A stretch of DNA of 64,000 bases from positions 29,595-93,594 of the forward strand of contig SVQT01000002.1 in assembly GCA_015065215.1 (NCBI GenBank), in the 5' to 3' direction. The notes below the pieces were generated by a model that was given only the letters and a program-made list of their open reading frames with translations, made no database searches and was not told the DNA's origin. The number at the start of each line of letters is the position of its first letter. Within the stretch, counting starts at the first letter, position 1. The position numbers and the translations under genes are program-made. This document shows, piece after piece, positions 63,605 through 64,000 of this stretch. Origin of the DNA: Oscillospiraceae bacterium (lineage in GTDB: Bacteria > Bacillota > Clostridia > Oscillospirales > CAG-272).

Positions 63605-63842
63605 ACTTCACCTAAAAGGTGAGCGCCGACGGTTTGGTGGCGGCGGGATGCGACAAAAGAGAGGGGGATCCGAGCGGTTTTGCGGCGTCCCCTGTCAAAA
63701 ACGGCCTAAAGGAGAGCAAAAGCTGCTTTTTATCGGCAGGCGCTCGCTTTTCCGACAGTGCCCGCGGTTCTTCGCTAAAATCATCGCATTTTATAATAAG
63801 TAAGCAAAATATGCGCAAAAATGTGAACGTTTTGTTAAAATT

Positions 63843-63897
63843 GGCGTTTTTGTGCAGTTTGCGAGGGTGTAGAATTTTCCAAGGCGTTTTTGTGCAG
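63843..63897 (+). repeat. 15-nt direct repeat GGCGTTTTTGTGCAG x2 (40-bp period)
   Basis: Identical copies at 63843-63857 and 63883-63897 in non-coding sequence near the window end. Confidence 0.8.
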
Positions 63898-64000
63898 GAT
63901 GCATAGAAGAAAGGTGCCGTTTCCTTGAAAAGCGGCGTTAGCCAGAAAATGGAAAAGGGGACACGGACGGTAAATAAAATTTACCTTTCGGGGGCGGAAA

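Noticed and set aside
63542-63840. T-box, cobalamin, c-di-GMP or other riboswitch upstream of azlC
   Set aside because: I could not find the T-box GGUGGUACCGCG element, a B12 box, or a GEMM-type GGGACGCAAAGCC core on the correct (minus) strand. It is kept only as an unassigned region in the findings.
1-64000. CRISPR arrays, tRNA/rRNA genes, IS elements, integrases, prophage or defence-system genes
   Set aside because: I saw no regularly spaced repeats and no tRNA T-loop/acceptor signatures. I also saw no transposase, recombinase, restriction, Cas or nuclease-NTPase defence-like ORFs on either strand.

Overview
This 64-kb window is a chromosomal fragment from a moderately GC-rich Firmicute, probably a gut Clostridia-type genome. 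Supporting signs are GGAGG-type RBSs, many near-consensus TTGACA-17-TATAAT promoters, hairpin plus T-tract terminators, a type-A RNase P RNA, and GC-rich third codon positions that create many long antisense shadow ORFs in the track. I call about 60 protein genes, one ncRNA (rnpB) and one riboswitch (TPP). Housekeeping blocks: a polar amino-acid ABC transporter, rpsF-ssb-rpsR, ylxM-ffh-rpsP-khpA, tadA, aconitase and isocitrate dehydrogenase, ftsK, ppdK, pth-mfd, thiT, rimO-pgsA and azlCD. Accessory blocks: MFS/PHP/metallophosphoesterase, an MBL/GH2/767-aa operon, GH51/Ldh_2/AraC/amidotransferase, a murQ operon with an HTH-kinase fusion and a GH42-like protein, and a GH2 hexuronidase with uxaB-uxaA. 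I saw no CRISPR, tRNA, rRNA, transposase, integrase or phage genes. The most interesting observations are these. (1) One gene-family set (PHP phosphoesterase, calcineurin-type metallophosphoesterase, XRE regulator, 56-aa AbrB-type protein) occurs twice, once with a TIM-barrel fusion and an MFS transporter, and once translationally coupled to a 3-methyladenine DNA glycosylase. (2) The two AbrB-type genes are below the ORF-track length cutoff and are hidden behind wrong-frame ORFs. (3) The octamer AAACGGTA is strongly over-represented, and its intergenic copies punctuate the PHP/phosphoesterase clusters. (4) An XRE-HTH is fused to a BadF/MurK-type sugar kinase at the head of the murQ operon. All functional calls come from motif recognition by eye. 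No database search was run.
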